Source of the DNA: Thermoproteota archaeon
GTDB lineage: Archaea > Thermoproteota > EX4484-205 > JAAOZP01
Assembly (NCBI GenBank): GCA_049700215.1
Contig: JBNAVT010000014.1
Span: forward strand, 1 to 49,869
Length of the DNA: 49,869 nt
Reading direction: 5' to 3'
Below, in pieces: positions 1 to 8,357 of the stretch. The position numbers were made by a program, and so were the translations under genes. Below the pieces are notes generated by a model. It saw nothing but the letters and a program-made list of their open reading frames with translations, did no database searches and had not been told where the DNA came from. Within the stretch, counting starts at the first letter, position 1. Each line of letters opens with the position of its first letter.

Positions 1-1
1 T

Positions 2-694
2 TATTCCCACATAGCTGTCCACCCGCATGTCGGGGAGGAAGACTTGATCCCTCTCTTGAAAAAATGGAATGATGATAGGGTTTTGGATCTTTCCCCTGCC
101 TACAGGTTGAACATCGGGGAGGGCTTCTACGTTTTCGCCGGGGTTCCTCATGCCCCCGGAACGGCTCTAACGCTAGAAATACAGGAGGAGTCTGATGTTT
201 ACAATATTCTCCAGGCAGTATGTGGGGATAGGAGAATTCCAAGGGAAGACATGTTGCGAGGCCTGCCTAACGAGGAGTCTGTCGCCGGGTTGATTGACTG
301 GAGGAGGTCGCGGGACCCGTTTTTCTACAAGAAGTATCACGTGGTTCCAACGGAGGTTGAAGCACTCGAGCTCGAGGGCAAGGCTGTTGAACACTGGGTT
401 TTCCCTCCTAATCGTACGAGGAAATTCTGCGGGAAGGAAACCAGGTTGTTTCCAGGAGAAACTGTTGAAAGCGTTGAAAATAATGCTTACCTCGCTTTCG
501 TTTGGAAGGGGGAGGGCAAAATCGGGAATCTCAGGGTCCAGGGTCAAAACCCGGGTTTAGACGAGCTCTTCGTATCCGCCGACGCAGCAACTCAGCCTCA
601 TAAAATTGTTAACACTGGGAAAGAGGACCTTGTGCTCTATAAGATCTTTGGCCCCGATGTCTATAAGACCAGCATAATTTTCAACGATTATTAA
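2..694 (+). CDS. Phosphomannose-isomerase (type I)-like cupin protein, 5' truncated by window edge
   Basis: Frame is open from base 2 (YSHIAVHPHVGEEDLIPLL...). GVPHAPGTALTLEIQEESDV resembles the PMI-I H...EIQ.SD metal-binding segment, followed by a second cupin-like C-terminal region. Confidence 0.6.
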   Translation, partial: YSHIAVHPHVGEEDLIPLLKKWNDDRVLDLSPAYRLNIGEGFYVFAGVPHAPGTALTLEIQEESDVYNILQAVCGDRRIPREDMLRGLPNEESVAGLIDWRRSRDPFFYKKYHVVPTEVEALELEGKAVEHWVFPPNRTRKFCGKETRLFPGETVESVENNAYLAFVWKGEGKIGNLRVQGQNPGLDELFVSADAATQPHKIVNTGKEDLVLYKIFGPDVYKTSIIFNDY

Positions 695-750
695 CAGCCT
701 GGCTAACTAGATTAAATATTCTTATATTCTGGTTGATAGCTTGACACAGC

Positions 751-3645
751 ATGGTGGGCGAATGGAGGGCTAAGTGGATTTGGGTGAATAACCAGGACGA
801 GACGGCGCGAAACATTTACGTCTATGCGCGTAAGGCCTTCCAGGTTCCTAGCGATGTTGAAGCCGCTGAACTTAAAATAACTGCTGACGCGCGATACGTT
901 CTTTTTATAAACGGTCGGAGGGTTGGCAACGGTCCTATAAGAGGATGGCAGCATTCATGGTTTTACGATGTGTATGATGTAATGCCCCATTTAAACACTG
1001 GTCTAATAAACACTGTTTCCGTAATTGTCTGGCATCCTGGCGAGACTAATTTCCAGTACCCGCTTGGCCGAGGCGGCTTGCTTGCACAGTTGAGCATGAA
1101 GACCAGGAGTGGGAGGGAAATTATTGTTGCGACAGACAGGGATTGGAGGGTTTCCGTCAGCACAGCATACGACCAGCATACTCCACGCATATCTTGCCAA
1201 CAGGGTTTCGTCGAACACTATGACGCATCTGGGGATCCGGAGTGGAAGAATAATGGTTTCGACGATAGTTACTGGCAGCATGCGATCGAGCTTGGCGATG
1301 CCTCGACACATCCATGGGTGAAACTTGTTAAGAGGCCAATACCGTTTCTCACGAGTGAACCGGTCTATCCTGTGCGAGTAATACGTGCACGCGTAGTAAA
1401 GCCTCCAGGCATAGTTTACAGTTTCGACCTTCGTCCAAGCCTCGTTCCAGGCGACCGCTTGTCAAACCTTCAGCAAATTACTGGGCTGGCTGTCACAGTC
1501 GTGGAAACGTCGGAAGCAAGAGAAGTTAAGGTTACCGGGGTGAATGGAACCGGTCTCGGTGCGCGTCGCGTCCGTGTTAACGGTGAGGATATGCTGGTCG
1601 ACGGGAACACTGCGGTGCTCAGGCTTAGAAAGGGTGGGAACCTGGTTGTTTTCGACGTTACTGGTCTTTATCACGACTGGTGGTTTACAACTGTCTGGGA
1701 TGGTGAAGACCTGAGTTTTAGAAGCCCACTGGGTAAAACAGGTACTCAATGGGCTACGGCCGGCCCGTTTCCGACACGCGATGACGCCGGCTTCAAGGCC
1801 GTCTTGGATGCGAAGACGGTTGAAGAGATTCTGAAAGCACCTTTCGTACAGCCCGTCTCGCCTGAACATTTTGCATCAGACCACGTTTTTGCAAGAATTG
1901 TTTTCGCAAAGGAGGTTGATGAGGGTCTTTTCTCTGAAGGCATTGAGAATCTTTGTTTTCCGAACGAGGAGGTTGCAACCGTTTGGCCTACGGAGGAGGG
2001 TGATGCTGAGCTGCTGATAGATTTCGGCCGCGAGCTAGCCGGCTTCATAGATTTTGAAGTTAATGCTCCGAAGGGTGTTATGCTGGACTTCTATGGGTTT
2101 GAAGCTTTACACCCCCGAGACGATTACGGTTTCGACATACAGCATACCTTCGGCCTAAACAACGTGCTGCGTTACACTACTAAAGAAGGGTGGCAATGCT
2201 ACACCAGTTTGGTCCGCCGGGGATTCCGCTACCTGATCCTAACCATCCGTTTCCCGAAGGGGGTGAAGACGCCTGTGCGCATCAAGCTTGTAAGATGCTT
2301 TCTGAATACTTATCCTTTCGAGGAGGCTGGGGAATTCGCTTGCAACGATTGGAGGCTCAACAGTATTTGGAGAATGTGTCGATACACTCTGCGCCTCTGC
2401 AGTGAAGACACTTATGTAGACTGCCCGGCTTACGAGCAAACCTTCTGGGTTGGGGATGCTAGACACGAGGCTTTAGTAACTTACGCTGCTTACGGTGGCT
2501 ATGCTTTAGCCAGAAGATGCTGGCTTCTAGCGGGGGAGTCGCTCTTCCGGTCCCCGCTGGTTGAGAGTCAAGTGCCAAGCGGCTGGGAAAACATCTTGAC
2601 CGCCTGGGCGTTGCTCTGGGTTTGGGCGTGCGAGGAATACTATCGATACACCGGGGATGAAGCCTTTCTGAAAGAAGTATACCCGTTTGTTTCCAAGCAG
2701 ATGCGCAATATCGCTGAGAAGTTTATGCGTAGCGATGGCCTGATGGAGATTGAGGCTTGGAATATGCTTGACTGGGCGCCGATGGATACTCCGAGCAGAG
2801 GAATAGTGACGCATCAAAACGCGATGCTTGTGGAGGCTTATCAGCGTTCAGCAAATATCGCGAGAAAAATAGGCGAGGAGGGTGATGCTAAGGAGTTTGA
2901 AATGCTTGCTGAAAGGGTTAAACAGGCTATCAACCGGCACCTTTGGGACGGGCGGAGAGAAGCCTACGTTGACGCGATGCATCACGACGGTACGAGTAGC
3001 AGGGTCTTCAGCCTGCAAACCCATACAATGATTTATCTTTGCGACGCAGCGGAGGACAATAGAAAGAGTATCGTACGAAAGTATATCTATGAATGGCCTG
3101 AAGACTTTGTCAAGTTTGGAAGCCCGTTTGCACTGGCCTTTCTCATCGAGGCGTATGCTAGAGACGGTGAGACTGGAAAGGCATTGGATTTAATAAGGCG
3201 GGAATGGGGTGCTATGCTGGATTACGGTGCAACAACCGCGTGGGAGATTTTATCGTCGAGAACCAGGAGCCACTGTCACGCATGGAGTGCCATGCCAGCA
3301 TTCTTCCTAAGCAGCCATGTTCTCGGCGTAAAGCCCAGAGGCATAGTTTCGAACGGCGTGGTGATCGCGCATGAGCCTGTTGACTTAACGTGGGCGCGAG
3401 GATCTTTCCCGACGCCTAAGGGTGCTGTAAAAGTGTTATGGAGCCGGGGGGAGAAAAGTTTTACACTATGGGTGGAGTTGCCCAGTGGCCTTAATGGGGA
3501 AGCAGTAATGCCGTCATTCATTCCCGCTTCGGCGGAAATAAGCATTAAGGCTAGCTGCGGGTCTTTGAAAGCGTTTTTTGAAAATGGACGCTGGAAGGCT
3601 GAGCTGCCGGCTGGCGTGAAGGCATGCGTTAAAGCAACCTGGTGA
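751..3645 (+). CDS. Alpha-L-rhamnosidase family (GH78) glycoside hydrolase
   Basis: N-terminal ITADARYVLFING..GNGP; DFGRELAG; catalytic-region DTYVDCPAYEQTFWVGD; GATTAWE and SHCHAWS; C-terminal GSFPTPKG. Confidence 0.9.
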   Translation: MVGEWRAKWIWVNNQDETARNIYVYARKAFQVPSDVEAAELKITADARYVLFINGRRVGNGPIRGWQHSWFYDVYDVMPHLNTGLINTVSVIVWHPGETNFQYPLGRGGLLAQLSMKTRSGREIIVATDRDWRVSVSTAYDQHTPRISCQQGFVEHYDASGDPEWKNNGFDDSYWQHAIELGDASTHPWVKLVKRPIPFLTSEPVYPVRVIRARVVKPPGIVYSFDLRPSLVPGDRLSNLQQITGLAVTVVETSEAREVKVTGVNGTGLGARRVRVNGEDMLVDGNTAVLRLRKGGNLVVFDVTGLYHDWWFTTVWDGEDLSFRSPLGKTGTQWATAGPFPTRDDAGFKAVLDAKTVEEILKAPFVQPVSPEHFASDHVFARIVFAKEVDEGLFSEGIENLCFPNEEVATVWPTEEGDAELLIDFGRELAGFIDFEVNAPKGVMLDFYGFEALHPRDDYGFDIQHTFGLNNVLRYTTKEGWQCYTSLVRRGFRYLILTIRFPKGVKTPVRIKLVRCFLNTYPFEEAGEFACNDWRLNSIWRMCRYTLRLCSEDTYVDCPAYEQTFWVGDARHEALVTYAAYGGYALARRCWLLAGESLFRSPLVESQVPSGWENILTAWALLWVWACEEYYRYTGDEAFLKEVYPFVSKQMRNIAEKFMRSDGLMEIEAWNMLDWAPMDTPSRGIVTHQNAMLVEAYQRSANIARKIGEEGDAKEFEMLAERVKQAINRHLWDGRREAYVDAMHHDGTSSRVFSLQTHTMIYLCDAAEDNRKSIVRKYIYEWPEDFVKFGSPFALAFLIEAYARDGETGKALDLIRREWGAMLDYGATTAWEILSSRTRSHCHAWSAMPAFFLSSHVLGVKPRGIVSNGVVIAHEPVDLTWARGSFPTPKGAVKVLWSRGEKSFTLWVELPSGLNGEAVMPSFIPASAEISIKASCGSLKAFFENGRWKAELPAGVKACVKATW

Positions 3646-3710
3646 AAACCAGCATAATTAAGGTAAATTCTAAAGCAACTCTTAAATAGAATTTAAGGCA
3701 AAACGTTCCG

Positions 3711-4514
3711 ATGGAAGAGAGCATAAGGGTGGTTGAGGCTTCTGAGAGTAATCTGGATGATCTTTGCGGGCTGTGCGTCCCGTCGGGGAGGCAGGCTGAC
3801 CCGGGTTTCATGATGGGGGTTGAGCTGAAGAAAAATTGGGCTAGGGGCATGCTTAAGCGTTGGGGATCGGTCGCTAAAATCGCATACTTGGGTGAGACTC
3901 CCGCAGGGCTGGTTCAGTATGTTCCTGTTCCTGAGGAGATGATTGTCCACATCACTTGCATATTTGTTCCCCACAGGGAGCATTGGAGGAAGGGTGTTGG
4001 CAAGCGCCTTTTGACAAGTCTTATTGAAGAAATGAAGCGTCCTAAAAGCTGGTTCGGCGGCGAACCACCGTCGGCGCTCGTGACTCGTCCTTTTCCAGGG
4101 GAGAAACCCGGCCAGTATCCAGCCATTAGCTTCTTTAAAAACATGGGTTTCAAGCAGGTGGAGGAAGACCCTGGCTTACTCTACTATCCTCTTAAGCAAG
4201 GCTTCGTCTACCGGCCAGTTAGGCGAAGGGAACCGGCTTACATGCCGCAGGAGGATGACAAGGGCAAGTTGGTGATAGTTTACAGCCCCTCCTTCTGTCC
4301 ATGGTCCTATTTTTTCCTGAAGAAGTCTGAGCAAGAAATAGAGAAAGCTGTGCAGGGCCTGCATGTCAGGTGGATAAACAGTTCGGAGGAGCCTGCTGAA
4401 GCTGAGAAACGCGGTATTTCTGAAGGCGTGATCGTAAACGGCAGGCTCATAAGGTCATTCATACTCGACGATAGAGAGGCTTTTATTAAGGAGGTTCTTG
4501 CTGCATTAGAATGA
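3711..4514 (+). CDS. GNAT acetyltransferase with YoaP-like C-terminal domain
   Basis: HITCIFV...HWRKGVGKRLL acetyl-CoA motif A; FFKNMGF; C-terminal YSPSFCPWS and VIVNGR thioredoxin-like/YoaP segment. Confidence 0.75.
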   Translation: MEESIRVVEASESNLDDLCGLCVPSGRQADPGFMMGVELKKNWARGMLKRWGSVAKIAYLGETPAGLVQYVPVPEEMIVHITCIFVPHREHWRKGVGKRLLTSLIEEMKRPKSWFGGEPPSALVTRPFPGEKPGQYPAISFFKNMGFKQVEEDPGLLYYPLKQGFVYRPVRRREPAYMPQEDDKGKLVIVYSPSFCPWSYFFLKKSEQEIEKAVQGLHVRWINSSEEPAEAEKRGISEGVIVNGRLIRSFILDDREAFIKEVLAALE

Positions 4515-4573
4515 AAAGTATTGCATGGAAAGACATATGGGCTTTGACGAGCAAAATATTGGTATGACATTGT

Positions 4574-5066
4574 CTGAGTCTTGAAGAGCTATGCGAAATA
4601 GCGGTGAAGCTTGGGGCAGCAAGGTGATTAATGCTAGCGACGTGGTGGTCAGGGACTGGGTTAGGTTGAAATGCCAGTATGGTTGCGACGGATATGGTAA
4701 ATGCCTTACATGCCCTCCCTACTCGCCAAACCCCGAGCAGATGAGGAGAATACTAAGCGGGTATTCCTCAGCTATGTTGTTGCGTTTCGAACCAGAGTGG
4801 GAAAACGTGCATAAAGTGGTTGCAAGGCTTGAGCGAGAAGCATTTCTCTCCGGATACTACTCTGCATTCGGGCTTGCATCCGGATCCTGCCCACTCTGCA
4901 AGGAATGCAACTTGAAGAACTGTGTTCATCCTGAGCTTGCAAGACCATCGATGGAGCATGCGGCATACATGTTTATGCTACAGCTAGAGGAGCGGGCTTT
5001 ACGATAGGGGTTGTGAGGACACGTCAGGGAAAGCCGAGCTATTTTGGACTTTTGCTAGCAATTTGA
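4574..5066 (+). pseudogene. DUF2284 family Cys-rich metal-binding protein, two apparent frameshifts
   Basis: Core ORF 4591-5007 has LKCQYGCDGYGKCLTCPP and GSCPLCKEC..C..PELARPSME. The expected continuation ACGIHVYATARGAG...SYFGLLLAI* is in the -1 frame (4956-5066). The expected N-terminus LEELCEIAVKLGA is in another frame (4580-4618). Confidence 0.75.
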
Positions 5067-5088
5067 TTATCATGTGACTGCACACTAA

Positions 5089-7164
5089 TCATTTTTTCTC
5101 AGTAAACTCCGTAATCTCTGCATCTTTAGGTCCTATCGATTGGTGCAACTCAACTTCTCCTCCCTCTATGGTTCCTTCTCTTCCTGTTCTTAACTCTTTG
5201 AAATTGAAGCTTCCGGAAGGCAGGTTTAGCTTTGTTGAAACAATTTGCCTGTAGGGTGCAGCATTTATGACAAAAGCAACATATCTCGATTCAGTTTCAA
5301 CATCTTTCTGTAATGAAGCAAAAGACATGGGTGAGGTTGTTCCCGCCGGTAGCTTGATGTTGAAAGCTTCTAAAAGGAATTTCAACAAGGATACGCTTGG
5401 ATCCAGCCCGATTACTGTCATTCTGCCTTCTCCAAATTTTCTTGTTAATCCAACCACGTGCTCCCTTAACTTCGGCATGACGTCGACGTAGGGTGATTCC
5501 ACCTCGACCCCAGACATTGTTATAGATTCTTCCCACGACTGGTCAAAGAATTCAAAGCCCAACGTTTTTATCTTTTTCATCAGTTTTCTGAAAGAGATCT
5601 GGAGGACCATGGGTGAGCCCCTTGGCTCCGCCCTGCTTCCAATCGGCTTAGGTGTCCCCGAGAATTCTTTAACTTCCGCTCCGACGAAATCTGTAAGCGG
5701 TATTCTTCGGAAAAATACAATGTGGCCTCCTTCGTAGCAAGACTTAACAAGGTTCCGTGCATCTCTTGCCCACATCAGCCCATCGCCAGCGTAAAGCAGA
5801 AGCGGCCTTTTTTCACGGTCGGCCTCGGGATTGTAGAAGGTGAAGTCTAACCCCGCCTTATGAAGGCTGGAGAAGCAGCGTCCCCAGCCCCATCCTTCTG
5901 AAAGTACTTCAGAAGGGTGTCTAAGCAGCATCTCCGGCCTATAGTGAACCAGTGAAATAGAGGTTAATCTTTCAAGAGCATAAGGCTTAACGCGTTTGTA
6001 TATTTTCGAGAGACCCCGAATAGATTGGTAGACATCCGGGTTTATTAACCCCCATTCGTTTACTGGTGCACATGTCCAATTATCTCTTCCGACAGCCATA
6101 TACCAGTTCCATCCCTTCAGACCCCATGCCATTGCAAACAATCCCAGCATCCTCTCATGCTTGCCGTCGATTGGCCCGGTTGTGTACAAAGCATCGATCC
6201 AGATTCCTGATTGAAATTCTGTAGCAATAGGAAAAGCAGTGTAGGCAGCATAAGACTTAACCCAGTATGAAAGCTTCATCATTTCGCTTTTAGGTAAATG
6301 CTTCTTCAGGTAAATGTCCATGCTGGGCAGGTCTACAATCCTGCTTAGCTTTGTCAAGTCATGGAAGACCGGGTCGTCGTAAGTGTTTACCAGCATGGGT
6401 ATCTCAACACCATTCCTCCTATACTCATCCCTAGTCCAAGATATTATTTGTTCAACACCCCAGTCTAGGAAAGCCCTGTAATCCAAGTATTGGATGATGT
6501 TCTCATACTCCCTGCTTCCTCTTGCTAAGGGATGTTCTTCGTAAGCCTCTATTTCTTCAAAGCTCTTGTATTTGCAACCCCAAACATTATTCAGCTTATT
6601 GATCTCTCCATATTTTTCCACCAGAAAGTCTTTGAAGGGGCCTTTTCCTCTGCATAATCCAAGTTGGTCTCTGTAATATCTTACCCAAGGGTCAACCTCA
6701 TTATCCACTTGGAGGACGAATATTGGGCCTCCCTTAGTAGCTTGATTGGGCACTATGGATTTCTGGCATACCGCTTTTATATATTTTGATGCGAGCCTCC
6801 TGAATTCTTCACTGAACCTGTGGTGTCTGAACGCCTCCTCGGGAACACCGCCATATTTCCACTCCGCATATATGTATGGCCCGGGTCTAATCATCATTAG
6901 GAAGCCCTTGCTCTCAACGAGATCTATGAAGCGGTTTAATGCTCTTTGAGGGTCAGTGTCTCCTTCGAAATCAAACTTGTCGCCGATTTTATGGAATTCC
7001 CAAGGTATATAGGTTGAGATGATTTCTAAACCCGCCTCTTTTAGCTTACTCATTATTTTATCCCAGTTCTCTCTTTTGACTCGCCAATAATGGAACTCTC
7101 CAGATAGGAACTCGATCTCCTTTTCGTCTAACGTAAAACCGTGACGGTTTATACTAATCCTCAT
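5089..7164 (-). CDS. GH35 family glycoside hydrolase (beta-galactosidase / GlmA-like exo-beta-glucosaminidase)
   Basis: SGEFHYWR, STYIPWEFH, RPGPYIYAEWKYGGVP, QVDNE (acid/base), TEFQSG (nucleophile). Start moved to ATG 7164 because an AT-rich TATA-like tract lies at ~7186-7200. Confidence 0.85.
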   Translation of the reverse strand: MRISINRHGFTLDEKEIEFLSGEFHYWRVKRENWDKIMSKLKEAGLEIISTYIPWEFHKIGDKFDFEGDTDPQRALNRFIDLVESKGFLMMIRPGPYIYAEWKYGGVPEEAFRHHRFSEEFRRLASKYIKAVCQKSIVPNQATKGGPIFVLQVDNEVDPWVRYYRDQLGLCRGKGPFKDFLVEKYGEINKLNNVWGCKYKSFEEIEAYEEHPLARGSREYENIIQYLDYRAFLDWGVEQIISWTRDEYRRNGVEIPMLVNTYDDPVFHDLTKLSRIVDLPSMDIYLKKHLPKSEMMKLSYWVKSYAAYTAFPIATEFQSGIWIDALYTTGPIDGKHERMLGLFAMAWGLKGWNWYMAVGRDNWTCAPVNEWGLINPDVYQSIRGLSKIYKRVKPYALERLTSISLVHYRPEMLLRHPSEVLSEGWGWGRCFSSLHKAGLDFTFYNPEADREKRPLLLYAGDGLMWARDARNLVKSCYEGGHIVFFRRIPLTDFVGAEVKEFSGTPKPIGSRAEPRGSPMVLQISFRKLMKKIKTLGFEFFDQSWEESITMSGVEVESPYVDVMPKLREHVVGLTRKFGEGRMTVIGLDPSVSLLKFLLEAFNIKLPAGTTSPMSFASLQKDVETESRYVAFVINAAPYRQIVSTKLNLPSGSFNFKELRTGREGTIEGGEVELHQSIGPKDAEITEFTEKK

Positions 7165-7269
7165 CCAGTGATTATTGTCTCTCAATTTTATATGTTTTAT
7201 GGTCCTCGGCTTAAATGATCGACGGCTTCCGATGTATTATCCATGGCTTACTGAAAAACGCAAGCATGC

Positions 7270-8280
7270 TTAATCTATTAAGGGTAGCTTAACCAGCTTT
7301 CCTTCTTTACAGCTTTTCTCAGCAGCTACTGCTGCCTCCATCGCCTTTAATCCTTCTAAGGGTGTAGCGAAAACCTGCTTATCTTCCAATATGCTTTTTA
7401 CGAAATCTTCCATCTCTTTCTCATACATGACTATGGGGTCTTCCTCTATTTTTACTTCCTCCACGCCCTTACTCCTGCTGCTGACCTCCATCGTTCCTAA
7501 GACGTATCCTTTTATGCTTACGGTGCCCTCCTTGCCCACTATACCCCAAGACTCATACGTGTGAGTAGCAGTCCAACTTTGCAGTATGCTTGAAAAAGCA
7601 TTGTTACGATGAGTGAATACTATGTAAGCATTATCCTCTATGTTTATTCCCATCCTCTCCGTTTTATACTGTGCTAAGGCTGAGATAATGTCACCGGCGA
7701 ACCATCTGAACGCGTCTATCATGTGTATCGCGTTTTCAACTACCATTCCGCCGCTCCTCTTCTTGTCGGTCAGCCACCCCATCGGGGGTAGAACACCAAT
7801 AGCGGTTCCTATGGCTATTCTCCAGAGAGCGACTGGTTCTCCAACCGTGTTGTTTTCGACAAGTTCCTTAGCATACTTGAACATCCCGTGGTGTCTTAGG
7901 CAGAAGCCGACTGCAAATTTTACCTTGCTCCGCTTCCACTGGCTGTAAATTTCGTAGGCATCCTCCAGGTTTGCGGCTAGAGGCTTCTCCAGAAACACAT
8001 GCTTGTCGGATTTTACTGCGTCTACAGCTATTTCTTTATGAGTGTCAGGCGGAGTAGCTATTATGACTCCATCAAGGTCTTTTAATTCAAGGACTTTTCT
8101 ATAGTCTGTGAAAAACCTATCGGCTTTAAACTTCTCAGCAGCCTGCTTCGCCTTTTCCTCTACTATGTCACATGTAGCGACCAATTTTTGTCCAGTTTTC
8201 AACAGGTTTGGCAAGTGAGCATAGTTGGCAATGTTGCCGCAGCCAATAACAGCCATATTCAGACTCTTCATCCTAATCAT
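7270..8280 (-). CDS. Gfo/Idh/MocA family NAD(P)-dependent oxidoreductase
   Basis: AVIGCGNIA Rossmann motif, IATPPDTH, HVFLEKP, SGGMVVENAIHMID. Confidence 0.93.
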   Translation of the reverse strand: MIRMKSLNMAVIGCGNIANYAHLPNLLKTGQKLVATCDIVEEKAKQAAEKFKADRFFTDYRKVLELKDLDGVIIATPPDTHKEIAVDAVKSDKHVFLEKPLAANLEDAYEIYSQWKRSKVKFAVGFCLRHHGMFKYAKELVENNTVGEPVALWRIAIGTAIGVLPPMGWLTDKKRSGGMVVENAIHMIDAFRWFAGDIISALAQYKTERMGINIEDNAYIVFTHRNNAFSSILQSWTATHTYESWGIVGKEGTVSIKGYVLGTMEVSSRSKGVEEVKIEEDPIVMYEKEMEDFVKSILEDKQVFATPLEGLKAMEAAVAAEKSCKEGKLVKLPLID

Positions 8281-8357
8281 TCTACATATAGAGAAAGTAT
8301 TTTAAGGTTTCTCTTTAAAGGTTGAAATATTGTTCCGAAAAATTATTGGAGAGCTTT

